A stretch of DNA of 63,324 nucleotides, the filler included, from Octopus bimaculoides (lineage: Eukaryota), in NCBI RefSeq assembly GCF_001194135.2. It is 5 parts of 5 records of this genome, joined end to end, with 100 filler letters (N's around TTAATTAATTAA, not from the genome) between each part and the next. Parts side by side here need not be neighbours in the genome. Positions count along the whole stretch, not along the records: positions 1 to 15,360 come from NC_069001.1; 4 more parts are not named here. One strand, written 5' to 3'. Shown here piece by piece: positions 1 to 12,519 of this stretch. A program made the translations under genes and the position numbers. A model generated the notes under the pieces. The model saw only the letters and a program-made list of their open reading frames with translations. It did no database searches and was not told where the DNA came from. Each line of letters begins with the position of its first letter. Position 1 is the stretch's first letter.

Positions 1-617
1 ATTGGTTGAGACATCAATATTGTGTCGGATCGTATTTTTTAACTGTGAACTGAAACCGGTTTATACAGCTGAGTAGGGTTTCATGTTTGAAATAGGTGTC
101 GATATATTTCCGGGTTTGTTTTATCTGCAACTCTGAGATCTGAATTATAATGAGAAGTTAAACAAAAGGATTTATTACGCATTTGTTTCGATTCTTCCTA
201 TTATAAACAAATAACCATATGTTGTAAACAAATTACCATTGCTAGCGTTTTGTTTTACAATACTTTGTTTTACATTCTCTTCGTCTCTCTCTCCCCACTC
301 TCTCGCTCACTCTCACTCTCACTCTTTTACTATGTAGCTACTTTATGTCACCCTCTTCTTCCAATCTAAAAGCGTTTATAGATACATATTAATATACATA
401 CATATATACTTATATGGAATATGAGCGAAATATGGAAATAAGGACATGAAAATCCGTAAGCTGCCGACTTGCAATACGATGCACCATCCAAAGGCAAGTC
501 AAGACTCGATCCAGTTTGAATTCTCTTACTGATTTTCTAGGATCTTGTATGGTTTGTTCTGATACCATTAATATAAACTCATACCTATCAGTTCTAAAGG
601 GGAAAGAAATTGTGCCA

Positions 618-780
618 TTACACTCTCGGAGTGGTTCGCGTTAAGAAGAGCATCCAGCCGTAGAAACCAAACCAAATCAGAGTGGAGTTTGGTGCAACAC
701 CGTAGCTTACCAGTCCTTGTCAAACCGTTGAAAACATGCCAGCATGGACAAAGGACGTCAAAGCATTATGATGATAATGA
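618..780 (+). mobile_element. 3' tail of RTE-type LINE (or SINE sharing it), ending in (ATG)n-like repeat
   Basis: Homologous to 53600-53750, which lies directly 3' of an RTE ORF2 remnant (ctacactc..ggagtggtt.gc.ttaagaag.gcatcca...caaaccgt...ccagcatgga...atgatga). Confidence 0.75.
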
Positions 781-785
781 CACAG

Positions 786-844
<59 letters not shown>

Positions 845-1659
845 NNNNNNNNNNNNNNNNNNNNNNNNNNNNNNNNNNNNNNNNNNNNNNNNNNNNNNNN
901 NNNNNNNNNNNNNNNNNNNNNNNNNNNNNNNNNNNNNNNNNNNNNNNNNNNNNNNNNNNNNNNNNNNNNNNNNNNNNNNNNNNNNNNNNNNNNNNNNNNN
1001 NNNNNNNNNNNNNNNNNNNNNNNNNNNNNNNNNNNNNNNNNNNNNNNNNNNNNNNNNNNNNNNNNNNNNNNNNNNNNNNNNNNNNNNNNNNNNNNNNNNN
1101 NNNNNNNNNNNNNNNNNNNNNNNNNNNNNNNNNNNNNNNNNNNNNNNNNNNNNNNNNNNNNNNNNNNNNNNNNNNNNNNNNNNNNNNNNNNNNNNNNNNN
1201 NNNNNNNNNNNNNNNNNNNNNNNNNNNNNNNNNNNNNNNNNNNNNNNNNNNNNNNNNNNNNNNNNNNNNNNNNNNNNNNNNNNNNNNNNNNNNNNNNNNN
1301 NNNNNNNNNNNNNNNNNNNNNNNNNNNNNNNNNNNNNNNNNNNNNNNNNNNNNNNNNNNNNNNNNNNNNNNNNNNNNNNNNNNNNNNNNNNNNNNNNNNN
1401 NNNNNNNNNNNNNNNNNNNNNNNNNNNNNNNNNNNNNNNNNNNNNNNNNNNNNNNNNNNNNNNNNNNNNNNNNNNNNNNNNNNNNNNNNNNNNNNNNNNN
1501 NNNNNNNNNNNNNNNNNNNNNNNNNNNNNNNNNNNNNNNNNNNNNNNNNNNNNNNNNNNNNNNNNNNNNNNNNNNNNNNNNNNNNNNNNNNNNNNNNNNN
1601 NNNNNNNNNNNNNNNNNNNNNNNNNNNNNNNNNNNNNNNNNNNNNNNNNTCTCTCTCTC

Positions 1660-1830
1660 AAAAACAAAACAAAAGATGAAGACGGGTGTGTAAACAACAA
1701 ACAGATTTCTTAGTTTAACGCTCGTGAAGTGAGAAAGTCTTTTATGTTTCGAGTCTACGCTCTTCGACAGAAAGGAACACAGAAATAAGCAGGGAGAGAA
1801 AATAGAAAAGGTTTAGTGGCTATGCACCCG
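1660..1830 (-). repeat. Short dispersed Penelope-like repeat with minimal hammerhead-like motif (1739-1774)
   Basis: Homologous to 2860-3050, 20520-20790 and 52168-52245. Minus strand reads CTTT CTGTCGA A GAGC GTAG ACTC GAA ACAT A AAAG. Confidence 0.7.
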
Positions 1831-2859
1831 TCATTTGGACGGCGTAATTTATTATAATGATGCACTCCTGTCGACAGTTTAAGTTTAATTAGCTCACAGT
1901 TAGATGTCGCTTTAAGTTAATAAGCGTAAAATGCATAATTACCAGTTACGTTAGCAGTTTATGATTTGGTATTAACATTTTAGATAATGAACAAATTATT
2001 TTGAGCACAAATTCGAGCACAAATTTATATTAATATAAAGGGAAGTCCACGAAATGAGATCGCTTTTGCAGTAGGCATTAGGAATCCTATATCTTACTTA
2101 AAGCATTTTGTATCATGTACTTATTTTTCTCGTAGTACCCGAGACAACCGCATTGATGCATTTTTATCAATGAAAGTCATTTATAAAGAAGAGCAAAGTT
2201 TTGACGATTGCTGTGTAAGGGAGACAATCAGATTCTCGCTGTTACTTACAGTGTAAGGGAGACAACCAACCTCTGACCGTTATTTCGCAAAGTACAGCCC
2301 CATTTCTTCGTATCACTCCGTAAAAGAGAAATCTTTGAAACGTAAATGTTGTATTTGCCGAGTGTGAAAGAAATCGGATGAAAAATATTGATTTTACGTG
2401 AAATCATGTAATGGTCGGTCACACACACACGCACACACAAACACACACACACGCACACACAAACACACACACACGCACACACAAACACACACACATCTTC
2501 TCTCATATATTATACATTTGAAGTACTTCTAATCAGTTTCATTTATACTTATTCAATTTTTTAATAATAAAATTTTTATTTCACAGATCTAATAAGTTCT
2601 TTGTTATCTTGGGTGTGGAGAATTTAAAAAGAAATTCTTTATTGTTAACTTCTTTGGAGTACTTTCTCAAAGAAGCTAACAAGAAAATTTGTTTTTAAAA
2701 TTCTCCCCACCCAAGTTAACAAAGTACTTACTAGATCTCTGATCTAAAATTTATATTATTAAAAAAAAAATTTTTAATGATAAATTAATCTGATTAGAAC
2801 AACCAGTGAAGTCATTTTTTTTTCTTTTTTCAAATATATCCAACAGTACCAAGAATCTC

Positions 2860-3050
2860 ACACATTTTCTTATATTCTTCTATTTTTCTATTTTCTTTTC
2901 TCTCCCTGTTTGTTTCTGTGTCCCTTTCCGTCGAGGAGCGTAGGCTCGAAACGTAAAATACTTTCTCACTTCCACAGCGTTAAACTAATACTTCAGTTTG
3001 CTGATTACACACCCTTCTTCGTCTTTTGCTTTTTGGTAAATTCTCACTAT
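2860..3050 (+). repeat. Penelope-like repeat copy with hammerhead-like motif (2924-2959)
   Basis: CTTT CCGTCGA G GAGC GTAG GCTC GAA ACGT A AAAT; same family as 1660-1830, in inverted orientation. Confidence 0.7.
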
Positions 3051-3551
3051 ATATATATGTATGCATGTATGTATATACGTACGTATGTATGTATGTATGT
3101 ATTGTTATGGTTACTGTATTCAAGGAAACAGTCCCCAAACCAAAGTCGTGAGAGAGGTATATAATACAAAATTGTACCGAGGACTTATTTTCACCTCTCA
3201 ACCACTATCTTTTATACATACAAAATAATCTGGCAAGGGTACGCCAAGTCAAGACTTTCCCCAAAATGCAAGATTCTCCTCGCTCAAAGCAGGAACTTTT
3301 CCGACCCGAGCGAAGAAAAGAGGAGGTAAGCATTATATAATTTTCTTGGAAAACAATTGGCGACTACACAAACACATAGTAACTCCACCGGTTCAAAGCC
3401 AATACGCCATTGGGCCAAACCAATGGGCCAAACCAATGGGCCAAACCAGTGAGCCAAACTTACATTCTCATAGTATGTATGAATGTATATAGGTATGTAT
3501 GTGCGTATGTATATATANNNNNNNNNNNNNNNNNNNNNNNNNNNNNNNNNN

Positions 3552-3780
3552 CTACACCTTAGTCCTTTCATGGCGTCTGATGTGGCTTTTTAAACCAGAC
3601 AGTGTTTTGAAAAAAACACCCACACCGATTGCACCTCTGATTTGCACTACCAATACCTGAAAGTAAGTTCTGCTCATTGTGGATCCTAACATGTCTTTTA
3701 AGACCCCCATTGGATTTGCAAATAAACACATTAAAAACGTAGAAGAACAACGCGCGTGAGGACGTGCACAGGGAGTACAT
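3552..3780 (-). pseudogene. Decayed tandem C2H2 zinc fingers, probably the C-terminus of an RTE LINE ORF
   Basis: FICKSNGGLKRHVRIH...CNRCGCFF; removing one T from the T7 run at about 3610-3616 continues KTLSGLKSHIRRHERTKV*. First finger lacks its Cys pair. Confidence 0.6.
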
Positions 3781-3789
3781 TAGCTTGAA

Positions 3790-3900
3790 GCTCAGTGGCA
3801 GGCGACAGTTTAACGTTTCGAGCATAGCCCTTCGTCGGAAAGGAGAAAGGGAGAATTCCAAAGAAGGAGGAGACAAGAAATCGCCAACGCACCACGTATA
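3790..3900 (-). repeat. Second Penelope-like repeat with hammerhead-like motif (3808-3842)
   Basis: Minus strand CTTT CCGACGA A GGGC TAT GCTC GAA ACGT T AAAC. Confidence 0.55.
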
Positions 3901-4379
3901 TATGCACATATATATATACATATATATATAATATATCTATATATACACATACATTCACATATAGACATATACACACACATATACACACATATACACACAA
4001 AACACACACACACGCATACATAGAATTAAATAAGTTGGAATCGAGAAGAAGGTGCATGTGGGACCAAATTTGTAATCCCTAGAATTGTTTCCACGCAACG
4101 TAGACCCAGTTTCGCATGTATTCGGTTCTATAAAAGTTTCCCTACTTTTTCTGATATTGTGCTTCATCAGTTGATATATGATTTCTTTTTTCTGTTTTCC
4201 GTAACACGCACATTTCGGTCGCCATCTTTTTGATATACTTGTCGTTAACTTTTGCGCATAGCGAAGCGAATAACTACATCCCTTACCGTTCAACAGTTAA
4301 TATTTTCAACATCCGTCGTTTTACTGCATTACCAACATTCATGGGTCTCATTCGTCATATCCTTTAAACTGATGGTTGC

Positions 4380-4640
4380 AAACTCCTGACCAGAATTGTT
4401 GTGGCCATTCCTCCCTTGACAGGATACCAGTCTGCCAAACCAGATAGTGTATGGTGAGCTGAGGCAAGTAAAATGTCTTCAGTACAAGTCTTGCATGTCA
4501 AAGATAACCTTAAAGACATCGACATTAATCCCTTGGATGAAACGGCATCAGCTAGGGAGCAGTGAAGGAATCTGAATGCTACTGTTGTTACAGAATTCTA
4601 GAATAACAATGTTGCATACAACGCTAGATTGAAAGATACT
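4380..4640 (+). mobile_element. RTE LINE ORF2 C-terminal relic
   Basis: Broken frames give LPNQIVYGELRQ...KDNLKDIDINPLDETASAREQ*RNL, matching the RTE 'RLPKQILYGEL...KDxLKxxxI...WR' region. Confidence 0.7.
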
Positions 4641-5169
4641 GTTGAATACGTTGAAGAAGGGCTCTCTCAGAAGGGCTCTCTCAGAAGGGCTCTCTCAGAA
4701 GGGCTCGATAGAGTATCTTTCGTAAGTCCAATGTGTTTGCGTCTGATTCTCTATGCAGTCCCGCTCAGCCACAAATGTGGTCACATACACACCCTCGTCT
4801 CTCAGAAGTAGCCATGCACACACACACACGGCCCTGTCTTTCAGAAGTAGCCATATGAGAAGTTATCAGCGATAAGGAATCCAAACGTAACATGTTTCTT
4901 AGAAAGAAATAAGTTGGAGAACCAGTTGTCGTACGCAAGTTGACTTTCGCCACGTGTGCCTCTATGTATGTATGCATGTATGTAAGTAAGTAGCTATGTA
5001 TGAATGTACGTATGCGTGTATGTATGTATGTATGTATGCATGCATTCATGATTGTATGTATGTATGTATGTATGTATGTATATATGTAAGTATATATGCA
5101 TGCATTCATGATTGTTTGTATGTATGTATGTATGTATGTATGTATGTATGTATGCAATTATGTATGCAT

Positions 5170-5470
5170 GCAAGTGTGTTTCTATATATTTGATCGTGAA
5201 TTTTTAATGTGCAGTGTTATTATTCTGTTACAATTCTCAACAGGTTTTTAAAGCACGTATATTTCATTGTAGTTCACATCGTATTGGGTGTTGTAGCTAT
5301 TACGTGAAACTCTTATGCAAGTCGGAGAGTCACGTAACAATATGCAATCGCGCGCATGTGTGTGTGTGTGTGTGCGTGTGTGTGTGTGTGCCTGAGTGGG
5401 TGTACACGTGTACTCATACACGGATGTAGTTGAACCTATTGTTGGAATTCAACTCTGTAATGAATTAATT
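5170..5470. repeat. Copy 1 of local diverged duplication (partner 7140-7500)
   Basis: 31-bp identical core ttcacatcgtattgggtgttgtagctattac; flanks align on both sides of an internal (GT)n. Confidence 0.85.
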
Positions 5471-5532
5471 ATATATATATTTATATATGAAAAGAAAAAT
5501 AATTGTACGTACTGCTATGTTTTTAGTTGGTA

Positions 5533-5634
5533 GCGGCGAGCTGGTTTAAGGCGGCGAGCTGGTTTAAGGCGGTGAGCTGGTTTAAGGCGGTGAGCTGGTT
5601 TAAGGCGGCGAGCTGGTTTAAGGCGGCGAGCTGG
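5533..5634 (+). repeat. 18-bp tandem repeat x5.7 (gcggYgagctggtttaag) derived from a SINE 5' end
   Basis: Five full units run into ggcggcgagctggcagaaa, the start of the adjacent SINE. Confidence 0.95.
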
Positions 5635-6051
5635 CAGAAATGCTAGCATGCCAGGCGAAATGCTTACTAGTATTTCGTCTGCTGTTACGTTCTGAGTTCA
5701 AATTCTGCCGAGGTTAACTTTGCATTTCATCCTTTCGGGGTCGATAAATTAAGTACCAGTTACACACTGGGGTCGATGTAATCGATTTAATCCCTTTGTC
5801 TGTCTTTGTTTGTCCCCTCTGTGTGTAGTCCCTTGTGGGCAATAAAGAAATAAGAAACTTTAGCTCGCCGGGCGAAATGCTTAGCGGTATTTCGTCTGCC
5901 GCTACGTTCTGAGTTCAAATTCCGCCGAGGTCGACTTTGCCTTTCATCCATTCGGGGTCGATAAATTAAGTACCAGTTACGCACTGGTGTCGATGTAATC
6001 GATTTAATCCCTTTGTCTGTTTTTGTTTGTCCCCTCTGTGTGTAGCCCCTT
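5622..6051 (+). mobile_element. Two tandem copies of SINE family A (ggcggcgagctggcagaa...gttctgagttcaaattccgccgaggtcgactttgcc...)
   Basis: About 20 homologous copies in this window; B-box-like gagttcaaattcc. Confidence 0.9.
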
Positions 6052-7139
6052 NNNNNNNNNNNNNNNNNNNNNNNNNNNNNNNNNNNNNNNNNNNNNNNNN
6101 NNNNNNNNNNNNNNNNNNNNNNNNNNNNNNNNNNNNNNNNNNNNNNNNNNNNNNNNNNNNNNNNNNNNNNNNNNNNNNNNNNNNNNNNNNNNNNNNNNNN
6201 NNNNNNNNNNNNNNNNNNNNNNNNNNNNNNNNNNNNNNNNNNNNNNNNNNNNNNNNNNNNNNNNNNNNNNNNNNNNNNNNNNNNNNNNNNNNNNNNNNNN
6301 NNNNNNNNNNNNNNNNNNNNNNNNNNNNNNNNNNNNNNNNNNNNNNNNNNNNNNNNNNNNNNNNNNNNNNNNNNNNNNNNNNNNNNNNNNNNNNNNNNNN
6401 NNNNNNNNNNNNNNNNNNNNNNNNNNNNNNNNNNNNNNNNNNNNNNNNNNNNNNNNNNNNNNNNNNNNNNNNNNNNNNNNNNNNNNNNNNNNNNNNNNNN
6501 NNNNNNNNNNNNNNNNNNNNNNNNNNNNNNNNNNNNNNNNNNNNNNNNNNNNNNNNNNNNNNNNNNNNNNNNNNNNNNNNNNNNNNNNNNNNNNNNNNNN
6601 NNNNNNNNNNNNNNNNNNNNNNNNNNNNNNNNNNNNNNNNNNNNNNNNNNNNNNNNNNNNNNNNNNNNNNNNNNNNNNNNNNNNNNNNNNNNNNNNNNNN
6701 NNNNNNNNNNNNNNNNNNNNNNNNNNNNNNNNNNNNNNNNNNNNNNNNNNNNNNNNNNNNNNNNNNNNNNNNATGTGTGTATGTAGGTATGTGTGTATGT
6801 ATATATGTATGTATGTATGTATGTGATATATTTATGTATATATATATGTATGCATGTACTTACGTATGCATATATGTATATATGTATGTACTTACGTACG
6901 TATGTATGCATGTATATATGTACTTACGTACGTATGTATGTATGTATGTATGTATGCTTGTATGTATGTATGTACTTACGTACGTATGTATGTATGTATG
7001 TATGTTTGTATGTATGTACGTATGTGTGCATGCATGTAAGTACGTATGTATGTATGTATGTATGTATGTATGTATGTATGTATGTATGTATGCATGTTTG
7101 TATGTATGTATGCATGTATATATGATTCTATTCATTTCA

Positions 7140-7500
<361 letters not shown>

Positions 7501-7689
7501 AAAGAAAATTTATACATACTAATATCCTCTCCTGTTATGTTTTCACTTCGTAGAAGCATTGATGAGAATACCCCACTAATATTTCTTTTGTTGATGTTTG
7601 CGGATGTATTCAACAACAAAGGGTTTCTTTATATTCAACCCAGGACAGGGGTTTTATTTTCCCGAAGACATTATGTATTGTTTTAGCAC

Positions 7690-8061
7690 TTTTACTCTTT
7701 TACTCTTTTACTTGTTTCAGTCATTTGACTGCGGCCATGCTGGAGCACCGCCTTCTAGTCGAGTCAATCGACCCCAGGACTTATTTGTTGGAAGCCTAGT
7801 ACTTATTATATCGGTTGTGAAGTGATGCTAGGGGGGACAAACACAGACACACAAACATATACACACACATACATATATACATATACATATATATACGACG
7901 GGCTTCTTTTAGTTTCCGTCTACCAAATCCACTCACAAGGTTTTGGTCGGCCCGAGGCTATAGTAGAAGACACTTGCCCAAGGTGCCACGCAGTGGGAAT
8001 GGACCCGGAACCATGTGGTTGGTGAGCGAGCTACTTACCACACAGCCACTCCTACGCCTAT
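7690..8061 (-). mobile_element. tRNA-derived SINE family B
   Basis: Minus-strand head ataggcgtaggagtggctgtgtggtaagtagc...ggttccgggtccattcccactgcgtgg with A/B-box-like motifs; further copies at 13738, 16360, 17175, 57685, 59563. Confidence 0.9.
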
Positions 8062-9489
8062 CGAGAACTTCTTGTCGCTTTGGAAGGTTCGATGACAGTT
8101 TTGGCCAGTTGCTGATCATGTGTATGATGTCACTCACAGAAATATGACGTCATCGAAATTTTCGGTTGCATCTTGGCACTTCATAGGTTTCATTGTCTCT
8201 TTTGTTTCTCAGGTAATTTATAGCAATCTCCAGCTCTTGGATTGTAGACGCATAGTTTGTAATGCAATGTGGCGGCCACGAAAGACTAGAAACGCACACT
8301 TTTTGTCGATATTAATTTCAGGTTCAATATTCGGAAACCTAAAATTTCGTTGATTGTCCTAAGTACACTGAGGAATTTTGCTAACTATCTTCTGCAAGTT
8401 CTTTCATTCAAGCATTCTTTCCCATAAACTGAGTGTATGTTTCGATTCGCTTCGGCCGCAGAGTTTCCTCTTTTGTACTCATAAAGCATTATGTGCCTTA
8501 AATGCTCTTTGGATATTTCCATGTTAGAAAGGGTTCTAATCAAAGAAATTTAAATTCTATTATTCTGTAAAATAATATTTAATTAGTTTAAATGTACACA
8601 AATGCATAAAAATAATTTTAATTCCATTAGACATTCTAAAATACTATTAAATTTCATTCAATTTAAAAAAAAGTAAAATTGGACAGAACTTATGGGGTGA
8701 TCTGATATAAGTAATATTTGAGCACTGGGTTGGATGTAATCAACTTTCCTCACATCTCAAACTTTCTAGTCTTGTGCCAAATTTGAGACCAAATTTGGAT
8801 AATAGAAATTGTCAATAATTGTCATAAAGTCTACCAGTTGAGAGCCACCATGTATGCACGTCTAGGTTTCCTACAGTTTGTATTTCGAAAGAAATACAAA
8901 ATCAAAATTAACATATAAATGTATAAAAAAATTCCCCGTGCTTCAGTTAATAATTGATCCAGATGCAAAATGGCTCAAATCCCCTTGATTCTATTTTCCA
9001 TTCTACATAAATAGTTACAAAATGGGGTATCATTCAAATTCTAGCTGTCTCCCTGACAATTAATGGTTTTGAGATTTGACGAAAAAGCAATATTGGGATA
9101 AATGATATATCTACAAAATATGTAATAAAACAGGTTATACAACTAATTAGAATTGAACACATGTGATGGCTGTTGGTATATTTTTCTGCACGTATATTGT
9201 TTAAACGCTGGGAATTGAATAAAAAAACAAAACATTTTATTAGGTGTTAATTTTCATTCACAGCATAAATATACTTTGAAATATATACTTAACAATTTAA
9301 TTGTTGGAAGATATTGTCTTACCTCTCACCCTCCCTTTCTTTCTTTCTTTCGTTCTCCCTGTCTGACCTTCCAATTAAGGTACTGAATATGATTAATTTT
9401 TGTCTTTCAATACGATTATATATGCAACACATTCATGCACGTGTTTGCATTACACGGATACACCTACTCGGCTCATATAGATATATATA

Positions 9490-9497
9490 TATAAATA
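9490..9497 (+). promoter_or_regulatory. Possible TATA box of the Cys-rich peptide gene
   Basis: TATAAATA about 100 bp upstream of ATG 9595, but at the end of an (AT)n run, so weak. Confidence 0.3.
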
Positions 9498-9594
9498 TAA
9501 CAGCGAGTAAGTGACACTAAGAAGAGGGACGAGCTGCGAAACGTTGATTCCGAGTGACATTTTCTACAGAACTGCACACAACAGACAAATCACT

Positions 9595-9655
9595 ATGAAA
9601 GGATTCTGCTTTTTGATAGCAGTGTGTCTTCTAGCTATCGTGGAAGGTGTTCAAA
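9595..9655 (+). CDS. Secreted Cys-rich peptide, exon 1 (signal peptide MKGFCFLIAVCLLAIVEG-VQ)
   Basis: actATG start; hydrophobic core ending V-E-G; donor CAAA|gtacgt, phase 1. Confidence 0.85.
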
Positions 9656-9660
9656 GTACG

Positions 9661-9699
<39 letters not shown>

Positions 9700-9723
9700 C
9701 GGACTTTTGTAATTATCTTTCAG

Positions 9724-9796
9724 ATTGCCCTATCATATGTTTCGTTCATCCATGTCAAATTGCTCGCTGCCCAATGTTTCCATATGCCACTTGCGT
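9724..9796 (+). CDS. Secreted Cys-rich peptide, exon 2 (N)CPIICFVHPCQIARCPMFPYATC(V)
   Basis: Acceptor aattatctttcag|; donor GT|gtaagt; 68-nt intron 1; phases 1 to 2 compatible; 5 Cys. Confidence 0.88.
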
Positions 9797-10003
9797 GTAA
9801 GTAGAAACCACTTTAATATTTGCTTATGCATCTACTCGCCGACACCATAGAATGTGAAATATTACACGCAGATATCATAGATAAAATACTGAAATAGACT
9901 TGCAGTAGTCATGTCATAGAGATACCATAATATAGCACATCAATGACCAGGTAATACATGTGCGATGAAAATATTTGAAACCTTTATTTTACTACTACTA
10001 CTA

Positions 10004-10064
<61 letters not shown>

Positions 10065-10942
10065 NNNNNNNNNNNNNNNNNNNNNNNNNNNNNNNNNNNN
10101 NNNNNNNNNNNNNNNNNNNNNNNNNNNNNNNNNNNNNNNNNNNNNNNNNNNNNNNNNNNNNNNNNNNNNNNNNNNNNNNNNNNNNNNNNNNNNNNNNNNN
10201 NNNNNNNNNNNNNNNNNNNNNNNNNNNNNNNNNNNNNNNNNNNNNNNNNNNNNNNNNNNNNNNNNNNNNNNNNNNNNNNNNNNNNNNNNNNNNNNNNNNN
10301 NNNNNNNNNNNNNNNNNNNNNNNNNNNNNNNNNNNNNNNNNNNNNNNNNNNNNNNNNNNNNNNNNNNNNNNNNNNNNNNNNNNNNNNNNNNNNNNNNNNN
10401 NNNNNNNNNNNNNNNNNNNNNNNNNNNNNNNNNNNNNNNNNNNNNNNNNNNNNNNNNNNNNNNNNNNNNNNNNNNNNNNNNNNNNNNNNNNNNNNNNNNN
10501 NNNNNNNNNNNNNNNNNNNNNNNNNNNNNNNNNNNNNNNNNNNNNNNNNNNNNNNNNNNNNNNNNNNNNNNNNNNNNNNNNNNNNNNNNNNNNNNNNNNN
10601 NNNNNNNNNNNNNNNNNNNNNNNNNNNNNNNNNNNNNNNNNNNNNNNNNNNNNNNNNNNNNNNNNNNNNNNNNNNNNNNNNNNNNNNNNNNNNNNNNNNN
10701 NNNNNNNNNNNNNNNNNNNNNNNNNNNNNNNNNNNNNNNNNNNNNNNNNNNNNNNNNNNNNNNNNNNNNNNNNNNNNNNNNNNNNNNNNNNNNNNNNNNN
10801 NNNNNNNNNNNNNNNNNNNNNNNNNNNNNNNNNNNNNNNNNNNNNNNNNNNNNNNNNNNNNNNNNNNNNNNNNNNNNTTTCATCGGGGAAAGGGTACTAT
10901 GTACACTAAGATATTTATTAATTTACAGTATTGATAAGGAGA

Positions 10943-11167
10943 TTAGGGCAGTAAGCTGGCAGAAACGTTAGCACGTCGGGCGAAATGCTTAGTGGTATTT
11001 CGTCTGCTTGCTACGTTCTGAGTTCAAATTCCGCCGAGGTTGACTTTGCTTTTCCTCCTTTCGAGGTCGATTAAATAAGTACCAGTTACGTACTGGGGTC
11101 GATATAATCGACTTAATCCGTTTGTCTGTCCTTGTTTGTCCCCTCTGTGTGTAGCCCCTTGAAATGT
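10943..11167 (+). mobile_element. SINE family A insertion with 15-bp target-site duplication
   Basis: gtattgataaggaga at 10928-10942 and 11168-11182 flanks a near-consensus copy. Confidence 0.92.
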
Positions 11168-11269
11168 GTATTGATAAGGAGAGTGCGTTTGGGAGGTTTT
11201 AACCGTCTATTTCCTGGCAGTCGAGGGATCTCGGGAGGTAGGTCTGGTAGAGTCTATACCGAAGAACAC

Positions 11270-12250
11270 AATTTTGTGGAGTCATGACGTCGACGTTATG
11301 CCCTGCGATTTGTTGTATGACATGCGCTCGCCATTCTTCCATGGTCATACCGGCTTCTTCTGCAGCTGCCTGGCCGCAAACCCTTTGCTACATTCAGCTC
11401 CAGCAAGGCCCCACTTGACAGCCGCCTTAAAGATACAATGCACCATTTCCGTACAATTAAGAAACGGCGAGCAGGGTGGTAGGAGTTTGGGACAGACGCA
11501 TTGGTCGGCGTCAGCTGGGAGCTCGGCACAAACGTGTGGCCGCCCGTTATCGTTATTCAAGTACACGGATTCATCCGTTGGGAACATGTCAGCACATGCT
11601 CCTCGAAAGAGCTCACCAAGTACTCCTCGAAAGAGTTTCGTGTCATGATATCATCCGTAATGGAGTGGTGAACCAGGCCAGTTTCTCCTGACACCGTGAA
11701 AGTGACGTTGAAGTTTTTCGGACGCTGACAATTGACAACTCGGACGACAGGAACGCTTCGAGGGGCTCGTCCAAAAGACCGCTTAGCCCAAATGTTGTAC
11801 CTACATTCATCAACGAATAGGCCGACAACTCCCTCTTCTATGAAGCAATGCGCGTACTCATAACGTTTACCCAGCATTCTTGGGACATTTCTTGCTTCTA
11901 GGACGTCTTCGACCAACTTCATTGTTATCAACATTCCACATAGGGCCCATGGGATTGCGAAAACGGAAACAGGCGGCTTTCCGAACAATGCTGCCTCTAA
12001 GTTCCTCATCATCTGTTAAATATTTGCGAGCGGGTTGACTTCAATAATCAACTGAAGCTTGGCTCGCATTTCTTCATCAACCTTAATGTTGTGGGCACCT
12101 CTGCACAACCTGTAACACCTTCCAGCCCGTAGTTAGATCGTTACTATGGATTGTGCAGTACTCCTTTTAATGCCAAGTGTGTCTACCAGTTGCAGGTTAC
12201 AGGTTTGATGCCTCTCGATGTGGGGCATATACGTCCGATATACGCATGTA
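11270..12250 (-). mobile_element. Frameshifted Tc1/IS630-like DDE transposase pseudogene
   Basis: HTH-like DTLGIKRSTAQSIV; first Asp in LFVDECRYNIWAKRSFGRAP; second Asp and Glu in NDNGRPH...LLPPCSPFLNCTEM (33 residues between D and E in this copy); multiple stops and frameshifts. Confidence 0.88.
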
Positions 12251-12519
12251 CTTTACGCATGGTTCAATGATTATAAGTTGGTGTAAGAGAAAGGAATATA
12301 AAATGCAACTGATACCGACTGGTTATGAATATTGCAATGAAAATGATTTTCGTGGACAGAAGAATCACTTAATTTATCTCTTCCTTGTAGCTATAACAAA
12401 ATAATAAAATTTACATGACAAAATATTTAAATTTATTATTGTTAACATGCAATTCTTAGAATGTGAATAAAAACACATGTAAAACTAGTGCTAAATTGAA
12501 TAAACTTATTCCGAACTCG

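Noticed and set aside
9525-9560. gacgagctgcgaaacgtt in the peptide gene 5' region resembling a hammerhead
   Set aside because: No CUGA box, no stem I, and stem II too short.
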